The translations under genes and the position numbers were made by a program. Below are positions 63,601-64,000 of a stretch of DNA of 64,000 nt, piece by piece. The notes under the pieces are model-generated. The model worked only from the letters and a program-made list of their open reading frames with translations, did not search any database and had not been told where the DNA came from. Position 1 is the first letter of the stretch; each line of letters opens with the position of its first letter. Source of the DNA: Tubiluchus corallicola (Eukaryota; Animalia; Priapulida); NCBI GenBank assembly GCA_030141605.1, contig JAQGDQ010000179.1:372001-436000 (forward strand), read 5' to 3'.

Positions 63601-64000
63601 ACCCACCCACCTACACACCACACCACCCACACCACCCACACCATACCATTCCACCACATCACACCACACCGCACCACACACACCCTATCACCCCACCACA
63701 CCATCCATAGCACAACACACAAAGCACACCGCCACCACACCACATCAAATCCACCACCTCACGTGGTGATCATGATGATGATGGTGGCAACGATGACGAC
63801 ACCTATAGCACAAGCACCAACAGCACAGCATTACAACAAAACCATTCCAAACATTTTTCACAAAGTTGAAACTATGTGCTATAATATAATAAATAGCAAA
63901 GGCCCCGCAAAAGATTTTGCATAAAAACCACGTATAATCAATAATACGCGAACATCCTACCTAGTCCTCATTTATAACACAAAGCCCGTAACATCATGCC
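60613..64000 (-). mobile_element. Head-to-tail tandem array (~1.64-kb period) of non-autonomous Helitron-like elements with (GTG)-rich interior; continues past the window end
   Basis: Minus-strand 3' ends are hairpin + CTAG|T (60613, 61446, 63043); 5' ends read A|TCTATAT (61364, ~62966). The marker gcaaaggccccgcaaaagattttgc recurs at 60616, 62260 and 63896. No TIRs or TSDs. Confidence 0.85.

Noticed and set aside
61471-63924. Long His/Thr/Pro-rich and Val/Trp/Cys-rich ORFs
   Set aside because: Open in several frames on both strands because the CAC/GTG simple repeat lacks stop codons; part of the Helitron unit.

Overview
AT-rich, intron-rich invertebrate animal genomic DNA; no prokaryotic features, and the taxon cannot be fixed from the sequence. 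Six spliced genes were reconstructed by hand from splice sites. Minus strand: the first two coding exons of a fatty-acid-binding protein (rest presumably beyond the window start), PTEN (9 coding exons, with a U12-type intron 1 and a GC-AG intron 8), Abraxas/FAM175 (ends in the BRCT-binding S-x-S-P-x-F motif) and TFG. Plus strand: two tandem paralogues of the NDUFA4-family micropeptide gene C15orf48/NMES1 (105 and 103 aa), which the ORF track misses. The remainder holds CR1/L2-like LINE remnants, hAT- and Tc1/pogo-type MITEs, satellites and a head-to-tail array of non-autonomous Helitrons at the right end. The most interesting locus is the C15orf48-like pair. Copy A has a ~330-bp near-perfect inverted repeat bracketing its ATG and transmembrane exons (circRNA/exon-skipping geometry) and a weak 3'UTR hairpin with a miR-147b/miR-210-type seed. 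All alignments and folds were done by eye.
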